A stretch of 64,000 nucleotides of DNA. Origin: a virus (Duplodnaviria > Caudoviricetes). The notes under the pieces were generated by a model. That model was not told the origin of the DNA. It did no database searches and saw only the letters and a program-made list of their open reading frames with translations. Shown in pieces: positions 36,949-46,998 of this stretch. The translations under genes and the position numbers were made by a program. The stretch is taken from positions 44,555 through 108,554 of IMG/VR virus record IMGVR_UViG_2690316366_000001, one strand, 5' to 3'. The stretch's first letter is position 1; every line of letters starts with the position of its first letter.

Positions 36949-37421
36949 TGGATCTGCCGTACGACGAGGTATTCGACGCCATTCGTGACTATCTCGGCTA
37001 CTTCGATGTCCATACCAACGCTCCGATCATTGGCAACTGGGATTTCAGCGTTGCGCCGCTGGTCTATGAAAACGAAGGGGACGGCTCTCCCAGCGGAGAG
37101 ATCAAGAGCTGGGTCCTCGTCATCCTGAACAGCCAACTTTACGGCCAGCAGTCGATAGGCGGCGGCATCGACGCCGGCGACAACCGCTGGGATGAAGACG
37201 GCACCATCTGGTTTCACGTCTTCACGCCTCGCGGCATCGGCTCGCGTGAGGCGCGGCGCATCGCGAAGGGCCTTGCCAATATGTTCCGCGGCAAGACGAT
37301 GCTCAATGACCGGCTCGAGTTCTTGGATGCCGACATGGGCGCGGGCGATCCCGGTGCGGAGAACGCGAACTATTACCTGATGTCCGTCAGCATCGAATGG
37401 CGCCTGATCGAGGCGGAATAG
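36948..37421 (+). CDS. Putative tail terminator protein
   Basis: VFTPRGIG...A..LANMFRG pattern; precedes tail tube. Confidence 0.7.
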   Translation: MDLPYDEVFDAIRDYLGYFDVHTNAPIIGNWDFSVAPLVYENEGDGSPSGEIKSWVLVILNSQLYGQQSIGGGIDAGDNRWDEDGTIWFHVFTPRGIGSREARRIAKGLANMFRGKTMLNDRLEFLDADMGAGDPGAENANYYLMSVSIEWRLIEAE

Positions 37422-37430
37422 GAGACTCCA

Positions 37431-37679
37431 ATGGACGAGCACGACGTTCTCAAGCCCTTCAACACCGTGAACCGGCGCTTCAGGCCCGATGACGAGCGCT
37501 GCAACGTGGTGCGCTCGGATGATCATCTCGAGCCGCACTCGATCGAGACACTGAAGGCCCGCGGCTTCATCAAGGAGCGCGGCGAGGCTGTAGCGCTGCC
37601 GACGTCCGTGGCGGCGGAGGTGCCCCCGAACAAGCTTGAGGTGAGCCGGCCGGCCACCCCAGCGACCTCCGAGAAGTAA
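37431..37679 (+). CDS. Small hypothetical protein
   Basis: AGGAG RBS. Confidence 0.6.
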   Translation: MDEHDVLKPFNTVNRRFRPDDERCNVVRSDDHLEPHSIETLKARGFIKERGEAVALPTSVAAEVPPNKLEVSRPATPATSEK

Positions 37680-37707
37680 CTCACCCCATCCATCGCTGAC
37701 CTCACGC

Positions 37708-37732
37708 AAGGCGCCCCAACGGGCGCCTTTTT
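37708..37732 (+). terminator. Intrinsic terminator-like hairpin
   Basis: AAGGCGCCC-CAAC-GGGCGCCTT followed by TTT. Confidence 0.7.
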
Positions 37733-37747
37733 CATTGGGAGAACGCC

Positions 37748-39229
37748 GTGACCTCATCCAACCGCACGCAACTTGCTCTCGTTCGGGAGACCACGCCCGG
37801 CGTCACCCCGACGACGCCGCGCATGCGCAAGGTCAGGATGACCGGGGAGTCCTTGCAGTTCGGTCCGACCTATGTGGACTCGGAAGAGATCCGCGACGAC
37901 CGTATGCTTGGTGACCCGATCAAGACGAACCAGGCGTCGTCCGGCGGAATCAACGGCGAAATCTCGTATCCCGATGACGGCTCGCCGCTGTCCGAGATCC
38001 TGATGTCGGCGTTTGAGAACGTCTGGGCGAACACGCCGCAGTTCTTCAACGACGGTACCGCGGATAGCGTCATCACGGATGCCGGCACGGTCGCGAGCAC
38101 CTATGCGGTGGCTTCCGGCGGTGCAGCGGTGAAGCTCGGCCATCTCGTCCGTGCCAGCGGCTTCGCCCAGGGCCCCAACAACCAGGTCTTCAGAGCCTCG
38201 GCCTCGACGGGAACCACGGTTGTCGGCGCCGCCGGACTGGTCGCCGAGGTCGCTCCTCCCGGCACGGCCAAGCTCAAGGTGGTGGGCTTCGCCGGCGCCG
38301 CCGGCGACATCACGGCCTTGGTCGACGGCCTCGGCTCGACCGCGCTGGATTTCACGACGCTTGGCTTGGTCGTTGGGCAGTGGATCAAGGTCGGCGGCGC
38401 CGCGGATATCACCCAGTTCGCCTTCCTCGTCACTGCCGGTGCCAAGGCGCGAGCGGCCGCATACGCTCGCGTCACCGCGATCGCGGCGCAGAAGCTCACG
38501 CTGGACAACCTGCCGTCCGGATGGGCGGCCGATCCCGGTACCGGCAAGACGATCTGGGCTTTCTTCGGCGACCAGATCAAGAACGGTGTCGCTCCGAACT
38601 CCATGACGATCGAGCGCGGCTTCCTCGGCCAGCCGGTGCCGTCCTACATCGTGAACATCGGCATGCAGGCGAACACCTTCAACGTCGACATGCAGAGCGG
38701 CGACAAGCTGAAGTGGCAGGCGACGTTCACTGGCCTCGGCGGCAGCATCGGGACGGTGACCTTGGACGCGAGCCCGGATCCGGTGACGACCGGCGTCGTC
38801 ATGGCCGCGAACGCTAACGTCGGACGCCTCGGCGTCAACCAGGTGCAGTTGGGCTCGCCGAACTGGGCGAAGGGCTTTTCGATCCAGATCAACAACAACC
38901 TCCGGACGCTCGACGCTGTCGACTCCGACGCGCCGGTGGCGATCAATGACGGCGAGTGCACAGTCACCGGCAAGGTGACGACGTATTTCGGCAGCGCGAC
39001 CGAGGTGCAGGCCTTCTACAATGGTACGCCGCGGCCGATCAACTCGCGCATCGCGAAGAACGGCCAGGCGCTGATCTTCCAGGTGCCGCGCGCCGTCTAC
39101 CGTGGTGGCGGCAACCCGCAGGCCACGGCCAAGAACACCGACGTCATGGCCGATTTCGACTACCAGGCCTCGCAGGACGTCGTGACCAACGCGCACGTCC
39201 TTCTCGATCGGCTCGAATACGTGGAGTAG
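37748..39229 (+). CDS. Major tail tube protein
   Basis: ETTPGVTP...RMTGESL...SEEIRDDR N-terminus, INNNLR, VTGKVTTYF. Confidence 0.85.
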   Translation: MTSSNRTQLALVRETTPGVTPTTPRMRKVRMTGESLQFGPTYVDSEEIRDDRMLGDPIKTNQASSGGINGEISYPDDGSPLSEILMSAFENVWANTPQFFNDGTADSVITDAGTVASTYAVASGGAAVKLGHLVRASGFAQGPNNQVFRASASTGTTVVGAAGLVAEVAPPGTAKLKVVGFAGAAGDITALVDGLGSTALDFTTLGLVVGQWIKVGGAADITQFAFLVTAGAKARAAAYARVTAIAAQKLTLDNLPSGWAADPGTGKTIWAFFGDQIKNGVAPNSMTIERGFLGQPVPSYIVNIGMQANTFNVDMQSGDKLKWQATFTGLGGSIGTVTLDASPDPVTTGVVMAANANVGRLGVNQVQLGSPNWAKGFSIQINNNLRTLDAVDSDAPVAINDGECTVTGKVTTYFGSATEVQAFYNGTPRPINSRIAKNGQALIFQVPRAVYRGGGNPQATAKNTDVMADFDYQASQDVVTNAHVLLDRLEYVE

Positions 39230-39276
39230 GCCGGCCGCCAAACTCTGGTCCCATCGCTAAAGACGAGGCTGACGAC

Positions 39277-39648
39277 ATGAAGTGGTTCGTGGCGCTGATC
39301 GCTGCTGCCGGTGTGTTGGGTGCCACCCAGGCGCTCGCCGCGAAGGCACATATTGCCGAGTTCACTGATGTCGGAGTGACCGCGACGAACATTCGGGCGC
39401 AGATTGCGGCCATGCCGCCGGCGGTCGAGCAACCGATTGTCGACTTCACGTCCGGTCATGCTGAGTCTGCGGCGTTCACGACCGGTACGACGTACATCCG
39501 CGTAAATTGCGACACGAGGTGTGCGGTGAAGATCGGTCCAGCCGGATCGACCACGGCGACAACGGTGAACACGCCGCTCGGACCGGATGCCCCGGAATAT
39601 TTCGGGGTCAAAGCCGGCCAGATCATCTCGATCGTGGCCAACCCATGA
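39277..39648 (+). CDS. Signal-peptide-bearing hypothetical protein
   Basis: MKWFVALIAAAGVLGATQALA; GAGG RBS; PEYFGVKAGQII. Confidence 0.7.
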   Translation: MKWFVALIAAAGVLGATQALAAKAHIAEFTDVGVTATNIRAQIAAMPPAVEQPIVDFTSGHAESAAFTTGTTYIRVNCDTRCAVKIGPAGSTTATTVNTPLGPDAPEYFGVKAGQIISIVANP

Positions 39649-39875
39649 AGCGCGCTATCGCAGCGCTGACGGTCGCCGCTCTGCTGGCCTCCGCGCTTTG
39701 GGGGACGGACGTGCAAGCCCTCGGCCTCGGCAAGCTGGGCGTTGGCTTCGGGAAGATGGGCCGCGTCGTCATGAAGAAGCAGTCCGGTGGCACTCAGCCG
39801 GCAGGCTGCACCGGCCCTGGCCAGTTGGATTTCTCCGACACCTGCCAAACCGCAATCATTTCAGCTCTGCTCTGA
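39645..39875 (+). CDS. Small signal-peptide-bearing protein
   Basis: MKRAIAALTVAALLASALW...VQA; ATGA overlap. Confidence 0.6.
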   Translation: MKRAIAALTVAALLASALWGTDVQALGLGKLGVGFGKMGRVVMKKQSGGTQPAGCTGPGQLDFSDTCQTAIISALL

Positions 39876-39884
39876 GGTCATATT

Positions 39885-40937
39885 ATGCGCAAGATTTTAC
39901 TTGCTCTTGCTCTGGCCGCTGGTCTGATCAGTTCGGCTAAGGCCGACTTCACCAGCAAGAACCAAGCCGGCGCAACGATCACGTTCAAGAGCAGCGGCGA
40001 CTGTACCAGCATTGTTTGCGTCGTCCCGCATTATTTGACCGACAGCACCGGCGCCGCGGTCGGTACGGCGGCCAATCCGCTTTCGTTTCAGTTCGGCACC
40101 GGTGTTTTGCTTCCCGCTTTTGCGGCGACGCCGACCTTCAATCTCGGCACGCTGAACGGAGCCGCAACCGCCGCGGCCCAAGCGACCGGCAATACGTCGG
40201 TGGGCAACATCGATACCTCCATCGGCGCCCAGGGCAATACGACGTGGGATGGCTCGAGCGCGGCCACGTTGATGGCGATCAATCGCTATCAGGGTGTCAA
40301 GCTCGAGGCGATCCGCGCGCTGCTGGCCAGCACGCTTACCGTCAATTTGCCGTCCGGTGCCGCTACCGCAGCGAACCAGACCAATGGCAGCCAAAAGAGC
40401 CAGAACGTCGATGCCTCGGGCAATACGATCGGAGCGGGTTTCGCGGCGTACGCGACGGCCTCGATCACTCGCCCGGCCAACACGACGACCTATACCGTCA
40501 ACACCGGCTGGAACAACGCAACGTCGGGCGCTACCAATTTCTTTTCGCTGACTGGCGTGTGCCGCGTGAATGGCGGTCAGGTGCTGATCACGCGGGTGGA
40601 TGTCTGGTCGAGCGCAAATCCGACGTTGAAACTGAGCGGCGTGTTTTGGCCGTTCTCGGCGATCCCCGGCACCAACGTCAACGATAACGCCGCCTTCAAC
40701 ATCGCGTCGGCTGACTTCGCTAACCTGACGGGCAGCTTCAATGGCATCCCGTTTACGCTCGGCAGCAATCAGTCGTCGGGCTCGAACAGCGGCGTCTCGC
40801 TGTCCGGCACCTCGTATCAGGCGCAGTGTGCATCGGGCACGACGACGATCACCGGCATGGTCGAGGTCACCAACGCCTACGTTCCGGTGAGCGGCGAGGT
40901 GCTGCGCGTCGGAATCGCGACGGTGGGGCTCAACTGA
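39885..40937 (+). CDS. Signal-peptide-bearing Thr/Ala/Gly-rich fibre-like protein
   Basis: MRKILLALALAAGLISSAKA; beta-rich composition. Confidence 0.75.
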   Translation: MRKILLALALAAGLISSAKADFTSKNQAGATITFKSSGDCTSIVCVVPHYLTDSTGAAVGTAANPLSFQFGTGVLLPAFAATPTFNLGTLNGAATAAAQATGNTSVGNIDTSIGAQGNTTWDGSSAATLMAINRYQGVKLEAIRALLASTLTVNLPSGAATAANQTNGSQKSQNVDASGNTIGAGFAAYATASITRPANTTTYTVNTGWNNATSGATNFFSLTGVCRVNGGQVLITRVDVWSSANPTLKLSGVFWPFSAIPGTNVNDNAAFNIASADFANLTGSFNGIPFTLGSNQSSGSNSGVSLSGTSYQAQCASGTTTITGMVEVTNAYVPVSGEVLRVGIATVGLN

Positions 40938-42166
40938 TGTATGATCGTCCCAGATGGGCAGGATGGATTGTTCCGATCCTTGCGCTGGTCGCCTTCGTCG
41001 CGATCTTCATCAACTTCCTGCAGCATGTCACTGAAGCGCACGCTCTTGAACAGCGCACGCGCGCGTCGCTGCTGGCCAAGCCACAGCCGTTCGCGCAATA
41101 CCTGGCGTATGACGATTACACGGGCGCAACCAAGTCGCTGAATGGCCGCATCCCGCCGAAGGGGCCGGCGTATCAGGCCAGCGGCACTGGCGCGGCGAAC
41201 GGCATCGCAGGCGGCGGCCGGATGACGCTGCCGGTCGCGAGTCAGGCTCTCTACGCCTTCCAGCAATTCAATCAGGTGCCGCGCCGCATCTCGTGCCTGT
41301 GGAATTATCCGTCCGGCACGGTGAACACTCCGCCGACCTACGCGTTCACCAACGACACCACCGGGACGCTGCCCTATCTGCACGGCGAGAGTGACGCCTC
41401 GTTCTTCCTCCTGCGTCTCGGCGTGAACGGTGCCAACTTTACCCAGCCCGCATGGTGGGTGTCCGCCAGCTACTCGCTGACATCAGGTGTCGAGTACCAG
41501 TCCGAACTCAACTACGACGGTGGCACCAACGCGTCCATGGTGATGCGGAACGCCTCGACCGGGGCCGTGCTGGGCAGCGAGACCGTTCATGATCCGCAGC
41601 TGGCGACCTACGCCGGAAAGTTGACGTTCTCGGAGTTTCTCGACAATCTCCTGCAGATCAATCGCTGCACGGTCGAGGCGACCACCAGCTATCCGTTCCC
41701 GACGCTGAGTCCCTACGTCGAGACGACCTTTCCGACCAGCGCGTCTCCGTTCGTCTCCGATCCGGGCTTCGGCGGCTCGGTTGTCTTCAACGCCGCCGGG
41801 TCCGTCACGATCTCCGGGTCGGCCTTCCCGGCTGGTGGCGGCATGACGCTCGGCGCTCTCAATAGTGGCGACACTCTCTGGGCGTCGCTGGACGTCACGT
41901 CCTGGACCGGGTGCACGTCAGGCAATCCGTGCGCGTTCAGCATCGTCGCCAATTCTGGCACCACGATCACAGCTATTCAGCCCATCCCGACCGCGGCGGG
42001 ACGATATCAATTCAACTTTCCGATCAATACCTCGGACTCGAACGCTCGCTTCATCGTGACCGGCCCGCTGAACCCCGGCGGCGTCGCATACTCTGTGACG
42101 ATCTCGGCCGCAAACCTCTATCGCAACACTCCGTCGGCGCCTCCGACGCCTCCGCAGCTTCAATAA
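40937..42166 (+). CDS. N-terminally anchored or secreted beta-rich (lectin-like) protein
   Basis: WIVPILALVAFVAIFINFL...AHA; TGATG overlap. Confidence 0.7.
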   Translation: MYDRPRWAGWIVPILALVAFVAIFINFLQHVTEAHALEQRTRASLLAKPQPFAQYLAYDDYTGATKSLNGRIPPKGPAYQASGTGAANGIAGGGRMTLPVASQALYAFQQFNQVPRRISCLWNYPSGTVNTPPTYAFTNDTTGTLPYLHGESDASFFLLRLGVNGANFTQPAWWVSASYSLTSGVEYQSELNYDGGTNASMVMRNASTGAVLGSETVHDPQLATYAGKLTFSEFLDNLLQINRCTVEATTSYPFPTLSPYVETTFPTSASPFVSDPGFGGSVVFNAAGSVTISGSAFPAGGGMTLGALNSGDTLWASLDVTSWTGCTSGNPCAFSIVANSGTTITAIQPIPTAAGRYQFNFPINTSDSNARFIVTGPLNPGGVAYSVTISAANLYRNTPSAPPTPPQLQ

Positions 42167-42336
42167 CGAGGCGTTGCTGCTACGCCCATCGCGGACGGCA
42201 GGTCACTCACCCTAGCTCCATCTTCCCCGCCTTCAGGACCGGTTGGTGCCGGTAGAGGATTGGTGTCCTCGTGAAGTGCGGTTTCACCCCCTGGCGCCAG
42301 CCAGGCTCCCTTGTTTCTCCAAGGTGACACCAAACC

Positions 42337-42771
42337 ATGACTGAAACCCCCAAAAAGAAGCTGAAACTGTCGTCGATGAAGGTCGACCTCGACAAGGAGC
42401 GCGAAGGAAGCTGGGAGCCAGCCCTGGATATCGATCCAGATATCAGTTGGTTCGTGCGGTCGACAAACTACGGTCCGTTCAAGACTGCGCGCGACGCCGT
42501 CCAGATCCGGTTGTCACGCAAGCACGGCAACAACGTGCCGGATGACGTTCTCGCGGAAGAATACGGCAAGTTGGCCGTCCAGCACCTGCTGCTCGGATGG
42601 GAAGGTCTGGCCGAGGACGACGAGATCACCGACATCCCGTATTCGCCAGAGAAAGCCCGCGATATCCTGACCGATCCGGCATACCGCCTCATCCGAGGTT
42701 CGATCTACATGGCTGCCTCGCGCGTCGGTATCGGCGAAGCCGAGTTCGTCGGAGCCGGCGCAAAAAACTGA
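42337..42771 (+). CDS. Tail assembly chaperone (gpG-like)
   Basis: LLLGWEGL...IPYSPE motif; upstream of tape measure; ends in a slippery site. Confidence 0.8.
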   Translation: MTETPKKKLKLSSMKVDLDKEREGSWEPALDIDPDISWFVRSTNYGPFKTARDAVQIRLSRKHGNNVPDDVLAEEYGKLAVQHLLLGWEGLAEDDEITDIPYSPEKARDILTDPAYRLIRGSIYMAASRVGIGEAEFVGAGAKN

Positions 42772-43205
42772 GAGCGGCCCTTCGCTACGAGCTCGAGCAG
42801 AAGGGCACGGACGATTGGCTTACCGAGCTCGCTGAAGAAGATCCTGACGCCGCAGAGTTTGCGGCGCAGGCGGAACGGCCAGAGGAAGCCACGCTTCCGA
42901 TCTGGGCTGAAACGTATTGGCGCGCCTGGCATGCCCTTCGGTTCGATCGGCAATACGGCGCCATGGGTGGCCAGTCACCCATCAGCTTCCTTTCCATCGA
43001 TACCTACGCGCGGCGCTACGACATTCGTGGCGTCGAGTTCGAGACCTTCTTGGCGTTCGTGAGCGCCATGGATGAGGAATATCTCGAGCATGTTCAGCGT
43101 GAGGCCGATCGGGAGAAGAAAGCCGAAGAAAACCGCAGGGCATTGAGAGAGGGAGGGCAGGCAAATGGCGGGAGTAGCGCTGTCGTCCCTGCGAGTCACG
43201 TCTGA
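42762..43205 (+). CDS. Tail assembly chaperone gpT part, expressed by -1 frameshift at A AAA AAC
   Basis: Heptamer 42762-42768 just before the gpG stop; the -1 frame is open to 43205 (W.AW..L..DR..GAMG..PI motif). Confidence 0.75.
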   Translation, partial: KKLRAALRYELEQKGTDDWLTELAEEDPDAAEFAAQAERPEEATLPIWAETYWRAWHALRFDRQYGAMGGQSPISFLSIDTYARRYDIRGVEFETFLAFVSAMDEEYLEHVQREADREKKAEENRRALREGGQANGGSSAVVPASHV

Positions 43206-46200
43206 TTTCGACGCCGCGGGCTATGTCCGGGGCGCCGCTCAGAAGGTGGACGCCGACAACAAGATGATTGCGAGCGACAAGGCTCGCAATGCGGCACTGG
43301 CGCAGTCGGATGCCGCCCTGGCCAAGATCCCGGGTGGGATGACGTCGGTCAGCAAGGCGCTGCTCGACGGCTACGGCGCCGGCGCTCAGTTCGAGGCGAT
43401 CATCCGTCGTATCGGCAACGCCGCCGACCGAGGGATGGGGCTGGATCGCGTCAATCTGCTCCTCGACGCGGCCTACCAGAAGTTTGGGCTCACCGCGGAT
43501 GCGGCTTCGTTGGCCGAGAAGGGCTTCGTCTCGATTTCCGGGGCCGTTACCCAGCTCAATGAGCAATATTCCGTCCACGCCGAGGTCGCGACGCGCGCGG
43601 CGGCTGCAATTGAGCAACTCGCCGCAGCACAGAAGAGCCAAGCCGCGATCAACTCGACACTTGGCATCGGTGGCGACACAACGAAGTCGGCACAGGAGAG
43701 CGCAGACGCCTTCATGGCGCAGTATGGCGGCTTGGCTGGTGTCGCGCGCGCGCAGGCCGAAGAGGCTGGCAAGGCGTTCTCGCAGGATCTGGATCAACTG
43801 ATGATCGCCGGCGCCGCGAAGTCCGCCAAGGATTCCGCCAGCGTCTTCGATCAGAACCTGCGGCAGCTGGACGAAATTGCTACCCAACGGGCGCAGCAGG
43901 CAGGTGCCAACTTCCAACGCAGCCTAACCGAGGCGCTGGGCGGCGGTGGCGCGGCGGCGACGTCGCTCGGCGCGACCTATGAGGCGCTGGCGGCGGAGAT
44001 GCAGCGGCTCGACCAGATTGACCAGGCGAGGGCGGCGCATGTCGCGCAAAGCACTCAGCAGGCGATCGCGCAGGCCTACGGGTTCGACCAGGTCACGAAG
44101 TCGGCGAGGGTGTCGGCTGCAGCATTCATGGAGATCGACGCCGCCGGCGCCGCGTTGGCCGCCGAATTCGACGAGGCCGCCGCTGCGGAACAGAAGGCAG
44201 TCGCGGCCGCGGAGCAGTTGCGCGCCCAGTTGAACCCTCTCCAGGCCGAGATGATCAACCTCGGCAAGCAAACGGCGGCCAATCGGCAACTGTTGAATGA
44301 CGGCGTAATCTCCACTGCCGAATACGAGCAGGCGCAGGTGTTGCTGGCGAAGCGGCTGACCGACGTCCAGATGCAGCTCAAGAATACCAGTTCGACCGGG
44401 CGCGTTGCATCCGGCGAGCTCGTCAACCTGTCCTACCAGTTGAACGACGTCGTGACCGGCCTTGCGCTGGGGCAGTCGCCGTTCATGATCTTGGCGCAGC
44501 AGGGTGGCCAGGTATTCCAAATCTTCCAGTCCTCGAAAGCGAGCATCACCGACTTCGCGGCGACGATCGGGTCGAAGTTCCTCGGCCTGCTGAGCGTGAG
44601 CCGGGTGGTCTGGGGCGGTATCGCGGCCGCGGTCGGCCTCGGCATCGCGGCCTTGATCTCGTATCAGAGCAAGCAGTCGGAGGTGCAGCGGTCGCTCCTT
44701 GGCGCCGGCCGGGCCAGCGGCGCTACCGTGGGCAGCATCAACTCCGTCGCGGATGCCGGTGCCTCGCGGACCGGTCTGTCGGTGAACGAAGCGCGCGAGC
44801 TCGCCACGGCTTTGGCGCAGACCGGCAAGGTCGCGAACGACAACATCCTGCCCATCGTCAAAATGGGCAAGGATATCGCGACGGTCTACGGCACCGACGC
44901 CGCCGAAGCCGCCAAAATGCTGGCCGACGCCTTCGCCGATCCGGTCAAGGGTGCGGACGACCTCAATCAGCGGCTCGGCTTTCTCGACGGCGCCACCAAG
45001 CAGCTCATCACCAACCTTGTGGCGCAGAACAACGTCTATGCGGCGCAGGTGGTACTCGCAAACGCGGTCAAAACGGGCCTGCTGGACGTTTCCACGACGG
45101 TGTCGACAACGAAGTCCGCATGGACGGCGCTTGGCAATGCCGTCTCGAATGCGTGGGCTTCGATCGGCAAGAGCATCTACAACGTCCTGAATCCGCTGCA
45201 GGGCCTCGATGCTCAGTTGGATGCGGCAAAGCGCAAACTTGATCTCCTGCAGAAAACAGGAGGACGGACGGTCGACCCCGATACCGGCATGCTCGGGGCT
45301 ATTGCTGACCCTGCTGCAATCGCCGCGGCCCAAGCGCAGATCGAGAAGCTCACCGCCGCGCTCCAGCGCCAGAAGACGGCGGCCGATGATGCCCGAAACG
45401 CGCAGCAATCGTTGGCTCAGCAGCAAGCGATCCGGACCGCGCTGCCGCAGATCGCGCAGACGCAGGATCTCCAAAATCAACTGAAGCTGTTGCAGGACCT
45501 CGCCGCGGCCCCTGACGTCGACCAGAAGCTCGCCAAGGTCGGACAGTCCATGGATCAGCTTCAGCGGTCGATCATCGCCACAAGCGCCGCGCTGGCGGCA
45601 ATCCCAAAGAACGCGCTTGTCGACTTCCTGGGCAACGCGGCGAGCCCGGCTGAACGTCTAGCCGCGGGACTCGAGCAGATCCGCGCGAAATCTGCCCAGA
45701 TCAACGCCTCGCCGGCCGACACCAGCCGCGCGACGTCGGCGCTCCAACTCGATATTGCCTCCAGCGTCCAGTCGGCGCGGATGTCGGCTTTGGGCCAGTC
45801 GGCCGGCGTAGCGGACAGCGTCAAGCAGAAGTTCCTCGAGCTCCAGCGAGCTCAGGAGGCCGGGGCTGGCCTGACGGCGAAGCAGATCCAGGACCAGCTG
45901 GCGCTGGCGCGCGCGCAGGCCGACGGATCGCTGCAGATCAAGGCGCAGGTCGACGCCACCACGATCCAGGCAGCCACCATCGGCATGTCCGCCGGTGCCG
46001 CGGCTGAATACACCGCGAAGATGACGGCACTCGCCGATGCCGTCCGCAATCACAAGGAACTGACCGACCAGGACAAGGCAGCGATCGACGCGCAGGCCAA
46101 GGCCCTCGGCGCCGCGGCGCAGGCGAATGCACTCAAGCAGATCCAGAACGACATCCGGTTCGGCCGGCAGACCGCGCTGTTGTCGCCGGATGATGTCCAG

Positions 46201-46995
46201 ATCGCGCAGCAGTTGAAGTCGGTCTATCCGGACGTCGCCGCCGCGCTGGCATCGGTCGAGGCGCAGGCGCTGCGCACCAACGCCGCGATCGGTCAAGCCT
46301 CGTCGACCATATCGAGCGATCTCGTGACCGGCATCACGGACGCGCTCGATGGGACCAAGAGCTTCGGGCAGGCCTTCACCGACACCTCGAAGCTTGTGAT
46401 CCGAGCGATCGAGGAAATGATCATCAAGCTGCTCGTTGTCGGCCCGCTGATGCGCAGCCTGCAGAGCTCGTTCAGTGGCCTGGGCGGCGGCGCCGACCTC
46501 GGTTCGCTCCTCGGTTCCGCCGGCGTCTCCTTCGGCTCCCCTGGCACCGCCGGCAGCAACCTGTTCGGCCCGGTCGCGCCGAGCGCGCTGGGCAACGTCT
46601 TCGCCCGCGGCAACATCATCCCGTTCGCCCGCGGCGGTGTCGTGACGCGGCCAACGCTGTTTCCGATGGCCAATGGCGGTACCGGCCTCATGGGTGAGGC
46701 TGGAGAGGAGGCGGTGATGCCCCTGCGCCGCGGTCCTGACGGTCGCCTCGGCGTCTCGGCCGGCGGACTCGGTGGCGCCGCCAATGACAACTCGGCATCG
46801 GGAAATGTCGTCGTGAACATCTACAACGCGCCCTCGGGTTCGGATCCGCAGACCAGCGTCAGTCGGACGAACAACGGCAGCCAGGTGGACATCGTGTTCA
46901 AGAATGCGGTCACCGGTCTGATGGTGGACGACGCTGCGAAGAATGGCCCGATCTCTCAGGCCATCTCATCCCGTCAGCGTGGTTTCGGGAGTTAA
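43165..46995 (+). CDS. Tail tape measure protein
   Basis: 1276 aa Ala/Gln-rich; YQLNDVVTGL..GQSPF.IL.QQGGQ; C-terminal FARGGVV...GLMGEAGEEAVMPL. Confidence 0.95.
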   Translation: MAGVALSSLRVTSDFDAAGYVRGAAQKVDADNKMIASDKARNAALAQSDAALAKIPGGMTSVSKALLDGYGAGAQFEAIIRRIGNAADRGMGLDRVNLLLDAAYQKFGLTADAASLAEKGFVSISGAVTQLNEQYSVHAEVATRAAAAIEQLAAAQKSQAAINSTLGIGGDTTKSAQESADAFMAQYGGLAGVARAQAEEAGKAFSQDLDQLMIAGAAKSAKDSASVFDQNLRQLDEIATQRAQQAGANFQRSLTEALGGGGAAATSLGATYEALAAEMQRLDQIDQARAAHVAQSTQQAIAQAYGFDQVTKSARVSAAAFMEIDAAGAALAAEFDEAAAAEQKAVAAAEQLRAQLNPLQAEMINLGKQTAANRQLLNDGVISTAEYEQAQVLLAKRLTDVQMQLKNTSSTGRVASGELVNLSYQLNDVVTGLALGQSPFMILAQQGGQVFQIFQSSKASITDFAATIGSKFLGLLSVSRVVWGGIAAAVGLGIAALISYQSKQSEVQRSLLGAGRASGATVGSINSVADAGASRTGLSVNEARELATALAQTGKVANDNILPIVKMGKDIATVYGTDAAEAAKMLADAFADPVKGADDLNQRLGFLDGATKQLITNLVAQNNVYAAQVVLANAVKTGLLDVSTTVSTTKSAWTALGNAVSNAWASIGKSIYNVLNPLQGLDAQLDAAKRKLDLLQKTGGRTVDPDTGMLGAIADPAAIAAAQAQIEKLTAALQRQKTAADDARNAQQSLAQQQAIRTALPQIAQTQDLQNQLKLLQDLAAAPDVDQKLAKVGQSMDQLQRSIIATSAALAAIPKNALVDFLGNAASPAERLAAGLEQIRAKSAQINASPADTSRATSALQLDIASSVQSARMSALGQSAGVADSVKQKFLELQRAQEAGAGLTAKQIQDQLALARAQADGSLQIKAQVDATTIQAATIGMSAGAAAEYTAKMTALADAVRNHKELTDQDKAAIDAQAKALGAAAQANALKQIQNDIRFGRQTALLSPDDVQIAQQLKSVYPDVAAALASVEAQALRTNAAIGQASSTISSDLVTGITDALDGTKSFGQAFTDTSKLVIRAIEEMIIKLLVVGPLMRSLQSSFSGLGGGADLGSLLGSAGVSFGSPGTAGSNLFGPVAPSALGNVFARGNIIPFARGGVVTRPTLFPMANGGTGLMGEAGEEAVMPLRRGPDGRLGVSAGGLGGAANDNSASGNVVVNIYNAPSGSDPQTSVSRTNNGSQVDIVFKNAVTGLMVDDAAKNGPISQAISSRQRGFGS

Positions 46996-46998
46996 ACG

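Noticed and set aside
42260-42333. tRNA gene
   Set aside because: Cloverleaf-like but lacks the TTCGA T-loop, GG D-loop, 7-nt anticodon loop and proper acceptor end.
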